DNA of 26,157 bases from a virus (Duplodnaviria > Caudoviricetes). The translations under genes and the position numbers were made by a program. Each line of letters starts with the position of its first letter. Within the stretch, counting starts at the first letter, position 1. The notes under the pieces were generated by a model, which ran no database searches, had not been told where the DNA came from, and worked only from the letters and a program-made list of their open reading frames with translations. The DNA is taken from IMG/VR virus record IMGVR_UViG_3300035527_000120, positions 1 to 26,157 of that record. One strand, written 5' to 3'. Below, in pieces: positions 1 through 9,488 of this stretch.

Positions 1-2090
1 CTGGCCTCATTAGAACCAGAAATAACCCATCTTTTAACCGTGCTATCTCCACCATCTAAAACAGCTTTTATCGCAATTTTCTTAATCTGCTTTGCGCTGG
101 TTAAAGCATAAGCCAAATTAGATACCGTAGAAGTAGACTTCCAATATGTCGTATCATTATCATCAAAGGCTTTACCTGCCTCAAAACCAGCCTCTTCCGA
201 ATCAGCCGAAGCCGTTCCACCTGTAGCCAAATCTGTTCCATAACTGACAGCCTCTTCTGTTGCCGTAATGTATTCGGGAACATCTACAGTGTTCTCTTCA
301 AAGTTTGGTTCTAAATCAAAAATATGTTTATCATTCTTTAAGTCTTTAACCACAACCCTAATGCTATCAGGCAATGCTGAAGGCGGTGTAATCCTTAATT
401 GATTATTGTAGTATACACCATTTTCAACAGAATAAGTCGCAGTTGTTTCGACATCATTTTTTACTGTCTTAATTGAAACAACCTCACCTAATGGTTGGTT
501 AAAATCAATAGTCCAATAATCCGCAGATAAAAATAAATACTTACTCTCTTCTCCATGAATTGTCCGAGCCCCAAAAATATTTTCATAATACATTTCCTCC
601 AAACGATATGGAAATGTTATTAAATAAAGATTTACTTTAAGATCAGACGCACCCGTAGCCACCTCTGTAATTTCTACAGAGAAAGTGTCAGCTGGATGAA
701 CAATCGTATCTAAATCAAAGTAGTCGATATAGGAATTGCTATCAGTAGCACCAATTGTTTTTGTTGCTTTTAAAACTTCACCCGCATACACCTTTATTGT
801 TGTTTGTCCGCTACTTCCCGTATCCCCAAGATACATAGAAAATCCAACAGGACAACCGGAAATTAATAAAGGAACTTCACTGGTTTGAGTAGTCGGATTA
901 GAAAAGTAAAATGGATAATTGACAATATTTGGTAAATGTTTAACACCCAACGATGTCTTCCACTGTAACTTCGGCTCCTTCTGGGCAACAGCTTTTGTAT
1001 CCCACTGTAAAGAAGGATTTAACTGTTGGCGAATCAATGCCTGCCATTGTAAAGCCGGGTTAATATCCCCAACCACAGCACTGGTTCCCTCTTCTTCTTC
1101 TGATCCATAAGTGAGTAATGTATCCTCTTCAGAAGCCAAAACAGCCTTCATCCAAGCCGATGTTCTTTTAACACCTTTTGATATTCTATACTCATCTATA
1201 TATCCATTTAAAAATTGACTATATCCGGGAGAGGTAACTTCAGCCCCTATTGCAATCTGTCTAGTATGATTAGGTGTACCTAAAGATCGACTATCAGAAG
1301 TTGAAGCATATACAGTATTACCTACTTTAATTTCCCAGTTATTTCCACTCCGAGAAAATTCAACTAAATACCAATTACCAGTTGATCCAGAAAATCCAGA
1401 AGTCTCTAAAACTATTGAAAACATACCCCAAATTTTAAACTGGCCCGCCTCAAGAAAAAACTGAACAGACCCTGAAGCCGTAGAATATGCTAAAATATTA
1501 TATGGGCCTCCTGCCATAGCATTAAATTTAACCCAACATCTAATACTAAAATCCCCTGTACCAAAAGCAAAATCGGATGTATTATCAATCCTGATTACAT
1601 CACCAGAACCATCAAGTTTAATACACTGTTCTCCAACCTTCTTATTAGCAGAGTTTAATTCTGCATCTCCTAAAGCCGTTCCATCATTATTATTATTAGT
1701 TGAATCATTAAAATTATTATCTGTAGTCGCATGTAAAACGCACTTATAATTAGAATCCCAAACACTCTCAGCATCTTCCCCATCCAACGCCTCATCATTA
1801 CCATAATACATATAAAATTCCGTATCAACACTATCAGATACCGATGGAACTTTAACCCAATAATAAGCCTCCTCATCTACACTGCTATGCTTTTCCCGCT
1901 CAAACTTTAATTCTATTTCTCCATCTGAAGAAGTAAATCGAATATCATTTCCATTAGATAATGCTTTATCAAAATCAAAATTTAATGTAGATAAAGATAT
2001 AAGTACAGGAAAATTTGAGAGAGTAGAATCTATCTCAGTTGAAGCTACCGTTAATTTTTTTCTGTATGTCCAACCGTCTAACCAAGCCAT
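1..2090 (-). CDS. Large tail/virion protein, partial (runs off left edge): N-terminal DUF2341, LamG/concanavalin-A-like domain, C-terminal discoidin/F5-8-like domain
   Basis: Not in ORF track (no stop inside window). ATG at 2090 after AAGGTGA. Manual translation MAWLDGWTYRKKLTV...NFPVLI...DIRFTSSDG...YWVKVP...YMYYGN (DUF2341-like); GDFSIRCWVKF...FLNGYIDEYRISKG (LamG-like); KAFDDNDTTYWKS...WVISGSN (discoidin-like). Frame checked open at position 3. Lies downstream of tape measure. Confidence 0.8.
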   Translation of the reverse strand, partial: MAWLDGWTYRKKLTVASTEIDSTLSNFPVLISLSTLNFDFDKALSNGNDIRFTSSDGEIELKFEREKHSSVDEEAYYWVKVPSVSDSVDTEFYMYYGNDEALDGEDAESVWDSNYKCVLHATTDNNFNDSTNNNNDGTALGDAELNSANKKVGEQCIKLDGSGDVIRIDNTSDFAFGTGDFSIRCWVKFNAMAGGPYNILAYSTASGSVQFFLEAGQFKIWGMFSIVLETSGFSGSTGNWYLVEFSRSGNNWEIKVGNTVYASTSDSRSLGTPNHTRQIAIGAEVTSPGYSQFLNGYIDEYRISKGVKRTSAWMKAVLASEEDTLLTYGSEEEEGTSAVVGDINPALQWQALIRQQLNPSLQWDTKAVAQKEPKLQWKTSLGVKHLPNIVNYPFYFSNPTTQTSEVPLLISGCPVGFSMYLGDTGSSGQTTIKVYAGEVLKATKTIGATDSNSYIDYFDLDTIVHPADTFSVEITEVATGASDLKVNLYLITFPYRLEEMYYENIFGARTIHGEESKYLFLSADYWTIDFNQPLGEVVSIKTVKNDVETTATYSVENGVYYNNQLRITPPSALPDSIRVVVKDLKNDKHIFDLEPNFEENTVDVPEYITATEEAVSYGTDLATGGTASADSEEAGFEAGKAFDDNDTTYWKSTSTVSNLAYALTSAKQIKKIAIKAVLDGGDSTVKRWVISGSNEA

Positions 2091-2131
2091 ATATCACCTT
2101 TTTATAAAACAGTTTATTCGTTTCTTTATCC

Positions 2132-2518
2132 TTATAACGACTTGATAAATTTAAACGTAATCGTATTGACTTTTAAATCTTCTGCCGATTGTGTAAAAGA
2201 GTCTAAATAACAATTTGTTAAATTGATTGTACCATTGTCATCAGTAATCTGCAAAGTACCTTCAGTATTTAAAGTCAACAAAGTATCAAATCCACTAATA
2301 TATTCTTCGAGAGAAGTCCGACTATCCTTTGCCACTAAAGCCACCACAGTGATATTGAGTAAACCTCCACCCATCTCCGTAGTAGAGCGAATTTTTACAC
2401 CTTTAGCCCGAGGAATAATCTGAACATCTAAATTACCCTGATAATCGAAAAAGACATACCCATAATCTCCTAAGTCTGTCGATTTCCATTTTATTCTTTT
2501 TGGCACATTAACTCCCAT
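2132..2518 (-). CDS. Putative distal tail/baseplate hub protein
   Basis: 128 aa beta-rich ORF immediately after tape measure; positional call only. Confidence 0.45.
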   Translation of the reverse strand: MGVNVPKRIKWKSTDLGDYGYVFFDYQGNLDVQIIPRAKGVKIRSTTEMGGGLLNITVVALVAKDSRTSLEEYISGFDTLLTLNTEGTLQITDDNGTINLTNCYLDSFTQSAEDLKVNTITFKFIKSL

Positions 2519-2526
2519 AGCTCACC

Positions 2527-4854
2527 TTACTTTGATTTTTTCTGAGACTGGAACACTTGTCTCTGCGTACTCTGAGCAACCGCCAGAGCTCGACTGGCCT
2601 TATTATTAGCCTGAATAATTGCGTTCCCAAACATCTCAGAACTTTTTTCAACCTTAGTAAAAATTTTATTCATATCTTTACTACCTTGTTCTAAAGCACC
2701 CAAATTCACTTCTTGTAATCCATCTCCAAAATTAATAAATGCTTTACCAACCTTTTCTACTTTCTTCCCAGACTTTTCTGCTTCCTGTCCGGCTCCCATT
2801 AATTTATCTAAGAAAGTCCCAAATCGACTTACACCAGACTCACTGGAAGCCCCAGATTTAGGTTTAACTGTAGCCTGAGCATCCATTTTATCTGCAACAT
2901 TATATAAACCTTCTTGAGTAGGTAATGGAATATCCATACCAAAGCGTTTTCCACCCAAGCGTAATTTTTCTGGCACACCTAAATTTTTAAAGAGGTCACC
3001 AATAGATCTTAAAATATCTGGTAACTCTGCTTTTAATCCAGTCACAAAAGCCTTGACCATAGCACCCGCAATTAAGGAACCAATATTCTCCCACAATTTA
3101 GCCTTAACTCTAAAAGCTGCTTCTAAAGCATCCGCAAAAATCTGAGCTAAGAAAGTAAATGCCGGAGATAATGCCCGCATTGCCTTATCCATAGTTTCAA
3201 CAACCACAGAAGCAATAGACTGGAACATTGCCCGAATCTTCTCTCCCACAGAACCTCCAACCTCTCGGTCTTCAATATCGGTTCCATACTTACCTTTCTT
3301 TACAAAGGGTAAGGTTACAGATTTACCCGGGGTAAAAACATCCTTCATGGCATTACCAAACTTCACCGCCCAAATTTGCAAATAAGCTAAAGCTGGTTGC
3401 AGAAGTTTTAAGACTCCCGTAAAAATCTGTTTAAAAGAGTTTTTGTTTGCCTTGACTGCATTAAAGATTTGATCTAAGGCATACTGTACCGGGCCCATAA
3501 GAGGTTTGACTGCCTCAAAGAAACCATCCGCAATCTCTCCTAAGATAGCCATTGCAGTATTCTTAATCTTCATCCAACCAACCAAGACCGTATCTAAGAA
3601 GCGAGCATACATATCCGTAGTAATACTCTGTCCTTTTTCAGACGCCTGAATATATCCTTCGATAGATTTCTTAAATTTATCAAACTTATCTACGTCTTTT
3701 AATAATCGCATGATAGCCTCACCACCACGAATACCAAAAGCTCGACCAATAACCTCAGCAGGAGCCTTATCTCCAATCTCTTTAATAATCTCAGAGAACG
3801 GTTTTAACTTACCTCCGGCCAAAGTAAACTGACGATAAACATTATCCAAGCCTTCTTCCAGTGTCCCGAGCTTTCCATTTAGTCCATCAAGCTCAGACTG
3901 AATATTCATAAACTCTTCTGTATTCTCTTTTCCGGCCACAACCAATTCAAACTGACGATTCTTTAATTCATTCAACCGTTCTTCTGTATTCGCCATAGCT
4001 CTCTGACCATTTGTCAAAGTCCCTAAAAATCTCTGAGACTCCGCATTAGCTCGAAAGAGATTAACTCCATACTTTGTAAACGCAGCCGTTGTTCTCGCCG
4101 TACCACCTAACAACTTCTGAAAAGCAGCACGTAAACGAGTACCAGCCTTCTGACTCTGAATACCAGCATCATTCAAGGTCATCAAGGCAGCCGTCGTATC
4201 AACAATCGTTTCTCTTGTTTCACCAAAAGCCGTTGACGCAACCGAAGCTACGTTCTTTAAACCTTGGAATAACCCAGACAAACTCACATTCGATTCGGTA
4301 ACAGCCGTAGTCAAGGCGTCAGCAAACACCGGGATTTCTGAGAGCTCTACACCAAACGCCCGAGTAACACCAATTAAATCATTCAGTGTACTCTGAAACT
4401 CCTCACCATGAGCCGTAGCCAACTGCATAGCCGTTCCGGTAATCGTCAAAGATTCATTCAACTGTAAACCAGAACGAGCAGCCGTGACCATCCCCTCTTG
4501 AATTTGCTGTGCACTAAATCCAATCTGGGTAGAAAGATCCCGGGACATAGTAAGGGCCTGTTCAAAAGCAGAAGTAAAGCCCGCACCACCCTTAGTAATA
4601 ATCGCTGCGGTTTCTGTCGCCTTCATTCTTAACTGAGCAAACTCACTTGCTAATCGCTTAACAGAATCTTGCAAATTGGTAATAACTTTCATACCGCTTC
4701 GCAAAGCAGCAAAGAAACCAGCAACCACACCTGTACGGAACACAGCACGTAACGAAGACCGTAACAGATTAAACCGTCTGCTTAAAGCACCAACCGCTCT
4801 CTGTACCTGCTGTAATCCAATCCGAATGTTAATATGTAAATTTTTCTGAGCCAT
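2527..4854 (-). CDS. Tail tape measure protein (TP901-family core)
   Basis: 775 aa, Ala/Gly-rich helical; FSAQQIQEGMVTAARSG, LNDAGIQSQKAGTRLRAAF and GKLKPFSEII match TP901-type tape-measure core; follows two chaperone-sized ORFs. Confidence 0.9.
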   Translation of the reverse strand: MAQKNLHINIRIGLQQVQRAVGALSRRFNLLRSSLRAVFRTGVVAGFFAALRSGMKVITNLQDSVKRLASEFAQLRMKATETAAIITKGGAGFTSAFEQALTMSRDLSTQIGFSAQQIQEGMVTAARSGLQLNESLTITGTAMQLATAHGEEFQSTLNDLIGVTRAFGVELSEIPVFADALTTAVTESNVSLSGLFQGLKNVASVASTAFGETRETIVDTTAALMTLNDAGIQSQKAGTRLRAAFQKLLGGTARTTAAFTKYGVNLFRANAESQRFLGTLTNGQRAMANTEERLNELKNRQFELVVAGKENTEEFMNIQSELDGLNGKLGTLEEGLDNVYRQFTLAGGKLKPFSEIIKEIGDKAPAEVIGRAFGIRGGEAIMRLLKDVDKFDKFKKSIEGYIQASEKGQSITTDMYARFLDTVLVGWMKIKNTAMAILGEIADGFFEAVKPLMGPVQYALDQIFNAVKANKNSFKQIFTGVLKLLQPALAYLQIWAVKFGNAMKDVFTPGKSVTLPFVKKGKYGTDIEDREVGGSVGEKIRAMFQSIASVVVETMDKAMRALSPAFTFLAQIFADALEAAFRVKAKLWENIGSLIAGAMVKAFVTGLKAELPDILRSIGDLFKNLGVPEKLRLGGKRFGMDIPLPTQEGLYNVADKMDAQATVKPKSGASSESGVSRFGTFLDKLMGAGQEAEKSGKKVEKVGKAFINFGDGLQEVNLGALEQGSKDMNKIFTKVEKSSEMFGNAIIQANNKASRALAVAQSTQRQVFQSQKKSK

Positions 4855-4863
4855 AACTTATCC

Positions 4864-5265
4864 TTAAAATTCGATGTTCTCACCTGAAGCCCACTTAGCC
4901 TCAAATTCTTCGTTTAACTTTTTATAATCTTCAGGACTAAGATTCTTCTGATTCTTAGTCTTCATACGCATCCACATAGACTTAACCTGACCTTTCCAAG
5001 CTCCTGCATCTACCTCTTCACTCTCCTCTGTTTCATCGGCAAAAATACCGTCCAATTTATCCAACTTTCCAGAGAAGCCAGCAGCACAGGCAGCCCCGAT
5101 TAGTTTTGTCCACGCCCGGGCCTCAGCACCTTTACGGTGTTGAATGGCTTTTAACAAACCAGAGATCACATCTCCGGGCAGACTCAACCAATATTCAGGT
5201 TTCTGTCCATATTCAGACATTAAAATGTCTACAACCTTAAACAATTTTTCATTATCTGTACTCAT
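4864..5265 (-). CDS. Tail assembly chaperone, second ORF (gpT-like)
   Basis: Directly upstream of tape measure; EYGQKPEYWLSLP resembles the gpT-type G..p..fw.lt motif. Confidence 0.6.
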   Translation of the reverse strand: MSTDNEKLFKVVDILMSEYGQKPEYWLSLPGDVISGLLKAIQHRKGAEARAWTKLIGAACAAGFSGKLDKLDGIFADETEESEEVDAGAWKGQVKSMWMRMKTKNQKNLSPEDYKKLNEEFEAKWASGENIEF

Positions 5266-5274
5266 AAGATCCCC

Positions 5275-5586
5275 TTATGCAGATACAGAACCGAGCGCAC
5301 CCATAGCCGACTGAATAATGCGAGTACACGCCTCGACAGTCAAAGCCTTCTTCAGGTCTGCTTTCTTAATTTCATTGTCGTCTTTAATTAATTCATAGAC
5401 AACATCCACGAAAGCATCCACCTGCTTAGACAAATCTTTTGTCTTCTGGGCTACTTTATCCAAATTATCCAGTTTAGGGGTGATTTGTGAGATGGTTTCA
5501 AGACTGGCCGGATAAACCTTAACACAGACTCCTCCACGCAACTCATACTCGGTAGGTTTTGATAATACGATCTTTTCGTTAGCCAT
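5275..5586 (-). CDS. Tail assembly chaperone (gpG-like)
   Basis: 103 aa, strong AGGAGG RBS, canonical position two genes before the tape measure. Confidence 0.6.
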   Translation of the reverse strand: MANEKIVLSKPTEYELRGGVCVKVYPASLETISQITPKLDNLDKVAQKTKDLSKQVDAFVDVVYELIKDDNEIKKADLKKALTVEACTRIIQSAMGALGSVSA

Positions 5587-5630
5587 TGTTCTTCCTCCTT
5601 TTTGTTAGGTCACTTTACCTATTGTTGTTC

Positions 5631-6059
5631 TTACGAACTTTCGTCTAAAATATACTCATAACGAATAACTGCATAATATTCGTTAGATTTATCATCTACT
5701 AAAACTCCTCGTGTTGGTGAATCTGTTCTGGCAATATGAGCAACTTTCCAATAAGTATTACTCAAACCAGTCTCTCCTTTATTAATTAAATCATCAACAC
5801 GTTCCATAATCTGCATCATTGCAGAGAAGGAATTAGTAATCTTTCTGCTGACACCAATTTCAATATCCACATCATCGTTTTGTCCCGAAGCATAATTCAA
5901 ATCTGCACCCGGGCTGGTCTCAATACAGATATATTTTGCCGGACGATTATCTGGTTCATTCAATCCCCGAGCAAAAATATTGCGAGCACTTCCCAAAAGA
6001 CTGACAAGTGTACTATCGCTTTTTAAATATTCAATAATTCTTTGTCCAATTACTTTCAT
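5631..6059 (-). CDS. Putative tail terminator/completion protein
   Basis: 142 aa; N-terminal IIEYLKSDSTLVSLLG..IF pattern typical of tail terminators; follows gp10-like gene. Confidence 0.6.
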   Translation of the reverse strand: MKVIGQRIIEYLKSDSTLVSLLGSARNIFARGLNEPDNRPAKYICIETSPGADLNYASGQNDDVDIEIGVSRKITNSFSAMMQIMERVDDLINKGETGLSNTYWKVAHIARTDSPTRGVLVDDKSNEYYAVIRYEYILDESS

Positions 6060-6061
6060 TA

Positions 6062-6592
6062 TTACCTCGCAAATAAAATAGAATTTCCTATATCAGACAT
6101 AATCTTCGTTTTATTCTTTTCATAATACTGCTTCAATTTATCAAAAGATCTTTCGGTAAACCGTCTACCTTTATACCGTCCTCGAATAACTTTAGAAAAA
6201 ACGAAATAACCTCTATGAGGTACTGCCACCGTTGATCGCTTTGCTTTCTTCCAGTGTTCAGCCGGGAATGTCATCTTAGGATTACCGTGAATAACATAAC
6301 GTCTTTTAATACCATATTCAGCAGCGAACTGATATTTAATATCCGATGGTACAAAAACAACACCTTCAATATATTTATTTGTCAAGTTATACTTAGATGA
6401 AATACTTGACGATAACTTACCTGTTGATCGATCACTCTTTGAACGAGAAAACTTTTTCATATTCCGTTCAGTATAGTGCGTCATCTTTCTTACCCAACGA
6501 GAGCTTCTTGTTGATACCTTCCGGGGAACCCCTACAAGCTGAGTAATATACCTTGCTAACTGAGAATCATCAATTACAAAATCTTGGGCCAT
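6062..6592 (-). CDS. HK97 gp10-like neck/tail completion protein
   Basis: Basic 176 aa with STGKLSSSI, YQFAAEYG and KGRRFTERSF motifs typical of the HK97 gp10 family; follows head-closure gene. Confidence 0.7.
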   Translation of the reverse strand: MAQDFVIDDSQLARYITQLVGVPRKVSTRSSRWVRKMTHYTERNMKKFSRSKSDRSTGKLSSSISSKYNLTNKYIEGVVFVPSDIKYQFAAEYGIKRRYVIHGNPKMTFPAEHWKKAKRSTVAVPHRGYFVFSKVIRGRYKGRRFTERSFDKLKQYYEKNKTKIMSDIGNSILFAR

Positions 6593-6593
6593 C

Positions 6594-6941
6594 TTAATTA
6601 TTCTCCAAATTAACTACCGCTACCTCATAGTGATGGGCTTGGCCCGCAGCGTCCTCAACACCTACCACTCGATATTTCTTTCCGCCAAAATCTAAAACAT
6701 CATCCTCTTTTATATCTGCGGTAATTTTCATAAAAACCAAAAAACGTGTATATAATTTTTCGCCCCGTCTACTAAACTCAATCAACTCCTCTGTCTGTTG
6801 AAAGAGACATGGCTCATTATCCGACTTCTTCGTAAAAGACTCATCAGACGCACCCCACTCATCTACATTATCTGTATCAAATTCTCTTCGATAAATGTCA
6901 CAAGTCTGAGTTAATAAATCATTAAAAATTTCGTCTGACAT
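6594..6941 (-). CDS. Head-closure/head-tail joining protein (SPP1 gp16-like)
   Basis: 115 aa; DEWG, DIKEDDVLDFGGKKYRVVGVED...HHYEV pattern of head-closure proteins. Confidence 0.7.
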   Translation of the reverse strand: MSDEIFNDLLTQTCDIYRREFDTDNVDEWGASDESFTKKSDNEPCLFQQTEELIEFSRRGEKLYTRFLVFMKITADIKEDDVLDFGGKKYRVVGVEDAAGQAHHYEVAVVNLENN

Positions 6942-7561
6942 TATTTTACTCCAACAAATCTTTTTCTTTGTTTATCTATTAATATATGACACGAATCGCA
7001 TAATGTAATTCCATTAAATAAATTCCACAAAAATTTACAAGAATACGCCTCATCCAAAGTCTTTAACTTAAATCTTTTGATGATTTTTCTTAAACTAATT
7101 TTATGATGAACTTCTAAATTATTTGAATTACCACACTCCGTACAACAATAAGAATCTCTAATAAGAATTTTTCTTCTCCAAAATAAATATTTATCTGATT
7201 TTCTAATTAACTCAGAAATATTCGTAACACCACCCCGCCACGCTGGATTTCTTTCTCTTTGCTTAGAACATCTCATACAGTATTTATTTTTAGGATGTTT
7301 AAGTTTCTTACCACAATCTAAACAAAAGTTATTTAAACACCGACCATCTTTATATGCAGGAGCTTTCTTAGGGTTCGTTCTTACATATATTCTACGACAA
7401 TCTAAACAACGTATATACTCAGGTCTACCTAAAAGTTTTCCACAATCAATACAAGTATTTTTACCAGTATACCTATGATTACGAGAACCTTTTTGAAAAC
7501 ACTGTCTACAAAAAGTTGCCTTTTTAGAAATAATCTTATTACATTCCTGACATTTATTCAT
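6941..7561 (-). CDS. HNH homing endonuclease with multiple CxxC zinc-finger repeats
   Basis: Several CxxC pairs; NPAWRGG; RDSYCCTECG...LEVHH...NGITLCDSCH HNH core; AT-rich, sits between two head-tail genes. Confidence 0.85.
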   Translation of the reverse strand: MNKCQECNKIISKKATFCRQCFQKGSRNHRYTGKNTCIDCGKLLGRPEYIRCLDCRRIYVRTNPKKAPAYKDGRCLNNFCLDCGKKLKHPKNKYCMRCSKQRERNPAWRGGVTNISELIRKSDKYLFWRRKILIRDSYCCTECGNSNNLEVHHKISLRKIIKRFKLKTLDEAYSCKFLWNLFNGITLCDSCHILIDKQRKRFVGVK

Positions 7562-8217
7562 TATAAAATTCCATCCATGGTCATTTTACCATCATCACCA
7601 TTAATCATATCAACAATCCTATCCATCTCCGCCTCTAAAATCTTACGGTAATCATTAAGGTTTGCTGAAGCTGACCCAAATTGTTTTTGAAATTTTCCAA
7701 TCTTAATCATACGAACCTGCTGCACTTTATCCGGGGTGAAAATTCCCAGAGCTTTTGCAACACACAAAGCAACTAAATAATCATGGATATTCGTGTGTGT
7801 ATAGGCAGCAATCGTATAAGTAACCTCCACTAAATTCCCGCTTCCAAATCCACCGTCACTAATCCCTTTAGATGAATAAGGCTCACCGTCTAAGGTATGG
7901 GCTACACTACCAAACCCTCCACCATACCAGAGTAATCCGGTATCCGGGTTATATTTATAATTTGTGAACTCTGTTAAATTATCTACAGCCGTTCCATCAA
8001 TTTTAATCTCATCAATCGAAGCAATATTCGTATCGGGTAATTTAACCAAATTCGTCACCCGAGTAACATATTTTCGATAAGTCTTCTGGGTTGCGGTCTC
8101 CTGAAGATCCGTCATAAGAAAAAATTGCTTGGTGGCCCACGTATAAACAGAGTCAGAAATATCAGCCGTCTGAATCCCTAATACAGAAGCTACGTCTGCC
8201 TTACTTATCATTGCCAT
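7561..8217 (-). CDS. Head-tail adaptor/connector (gp6/gp15-like) with inserted beta domain
   Basis: Start reassigned to ATG 8217 (AAGGAGG RBS). MISKADVASVLGI N-terminal helix, VEVTY, and IKIGKFQKQF C-terminal hairpin typical of adaptors; precedes head closure. Confidence 0.6.
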   Translation of the reverse strand: MAMISKADVASVLGIQTADISDSVYTWATKQFFLMTDLQETATQKTYRKYVTRVTNLVKLPDTNIASIDEIKIDGTAVDNLTEFTNYKYNPDTGLLWYGGGFGSVAHTLDGEPYSSKGISDGGFGSGNLVEVTYTIAAYTHTNIHDYLVALCVAKALGIFTPDKVQQVRMIKIGKFQKQFGSASANLNDYRKILEAEMDRIVDMINGDDGKMTMDGIL

Positions 8218-8536
8218 GAGTCTCCTCCTTACGATCATCAATATATGGTCTCCGGTCTTTCACCAAAGAACCAAAAAATCTTTTCTGTTTTTCTTCATCA
8301 ATCGCTGGTTCAAATTTGATATAATCCCAATCATGTTCTTCCAGCCAATCCTTTGCCTCTTTGACTGTAAACTTATCAGAATCAAAACGAATAGACTGTA
8401 CCTCAGTCACATCCTCTTCATCTTTGATTCCATAAATAACATCAATACCATCTCCAAACTCATTATTCTTTCTACGGAAACGGTCGTACTGATCGGGATT
8501 TTTAATCCTTGCAGCGTGTTCACCTTTATAAGGCAT
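8201..8536 (-). CDS. Conserved phage head-region protein (PY..EHAAR..P domain)
   Basis: 111 aa; PYKGEHAARIKNP...QSIRFDSDKFTVKEAKDWLEEH, a motif I associate from memory with head-morphogenesis regions of environmental phages; function unknown. Confidence 0.5.
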   Translation of the reverse strand: MPYKGEHAARIKNPDQYDRFRRKNNEFGDGIDVIYGIKDEEDVTEVQSIRFDSDKFTVKEAKDWLEEHDWDYIKFEPAIDEEKQKRFFGSLVKDRRPYIDDRKEETHGNDK

Positions 8537-8538
8537 AA

Positions 8539-8967
8539 TTATTTCCTCTCCTGATATTTTTTAAACCAATCTAATTCCACTTTAGTATAGTTGGATTGAC
8601 AATTACAGCCTTTACCTCTTCTTGTATTTAACCGTAACTTTAAAAACTCAATAACCAATTCTGCCCGATTTCTTTTCTCAATTAAAAAAGGGAGAATCAA
8701 CTCCAAAAATTTTAATTTATCTTCCTGATGATTAATTATTAATACATAAAAAGGTTTCTTTCTCGGGGTTGGATCATCAAAAATATAGCCATAATCTAAC
8801 CAAGATTGAATATTTTCTAAAATTCTCCTATTAGTATTTCCAACCCGAACCACGATTTGATAGGATTTCTCACCTTTTCTTTTTCCTTTTCTACTATAAG
8901 GACTAACATGAATAGTTCCTTCACCATCAAAAAACCCGGCAATATATCCTATCTGTAACTCCGTCAT
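8539..8967 (-). CDS. LAGLIDADG homing endonuclease (single motif, free-standing)
   Basis: YIAGFFDGEGTI motif, VGNTN, FLELILPFLIEKRNRAEL C-terminal pattern. Confidence 0.9.
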   Translation of the reverse strand: MTELQIGYIAGFFDGEGTIHVSPYSRKGKRKGEKSYQIVVRVGNTNRRILENIQSWLDYGYIFDDPTPRKKPFYVLIINHQEDKLKFLELILPFLIEKRNRAELVIEFLKLRLNTRRGKGCNCQSNYTKVELDWFKKYQERK

Positions 8968-9410
8968 CGTCTACTCCCAGAAATAATGTAAAACCGCCAG
9001 TCCTCATAAGGAACAGTCCTAAATATCTCGGCCACAGTCTTCTTTTTATCAGGTAACGCTTCAAAATACCTTTTAGGTAAAAAGAGCATCCCCGCAAAAG
9101 TATAGGATTTATTGGTAGTGATCTTTTCGACCTCAAAATTAGGGCCAAAGAAAACCGTACCAAAAGTCTTCACCTTGCGAAGAACCATTAACGGTTTCGA
9201 CCTGTCTTTATTGATGTAGCCTAAAACCTTGTCCTGATCTATCTGAAACAGGGCTGAGTTTGAAACTACAATTAAATTTTCTTCATCCGGTTTAATTCGA
9301 GATAAGTCAACTTTTTCACCCAGATATTCACAATTTTCGAGGGTGTTTTTAAGGTGGGTCAATATGATCTTATCCCCGTAAGTGTGCTTTCCAAATATAA
9401 AACTTTTCAT
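8964..9410 (-). CDS. Hypothetical protein resembling a truncated/degenerate sugar-phosphate nucleotidyltransferase
   Basis: ENLIVVSNSAL...FGTVFF...VEKIT...FAGMLFL echoes the C-terminal half of the NTP_transferase fold, but the N-terminal GxGTR motif is absent. Confidence 0.4.
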   Translation of the reverse strand: MKSFIFGKHTYGDKIILTHLKNTLENCEYLGEKVDLSRIKPDEENLIVVSNSALFQIDQDKVLGYINKDRSKPLMVLRKVKTFGTVFFGPNFEVEKITTNKSYTFAGMLFLPKRYFEALPDKKKTVAEIFRTVPYEDWRFYIISGSRR

Positions 9411-9431
9411 CTTAACACTCTCCTTCTATTA

Positions 9432-9459
9432 TTAAATACAATTTAGAGGCTTAAGAAAA
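9432..9459 (-). promoter_or_regulatory. Conserved 28-bp upstream motif, copy 3 (candidate late promoter)
   Basis: + strand TTAAATACAATTTAGAGGCTTAAGAAAA; near-identical copies at 20992 and 24744; 21 nt upstream of ATG 9410. Confidence 0.75.
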
Positions 9460-9488
9460 ATAAAAATCTCTCTTATCCTCACGTGATT

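Noticed and set aside
101-1876. Track ORFs 101-283, 919-1110 and 1670-1876
   Set aside because: Off-frame or antisense fragments within the long 1-2090 tail protein gene.
2091-2527. Archaeal host suggested by GGTGA RBSs and a LAGLIDADG gene
   Set aside because: GGTGA is also part of the bacterial anti-SD complement, most genes use GGAGG, and a canonical TTGACA-17-TATGCT promoter is present. Not fully excluded.
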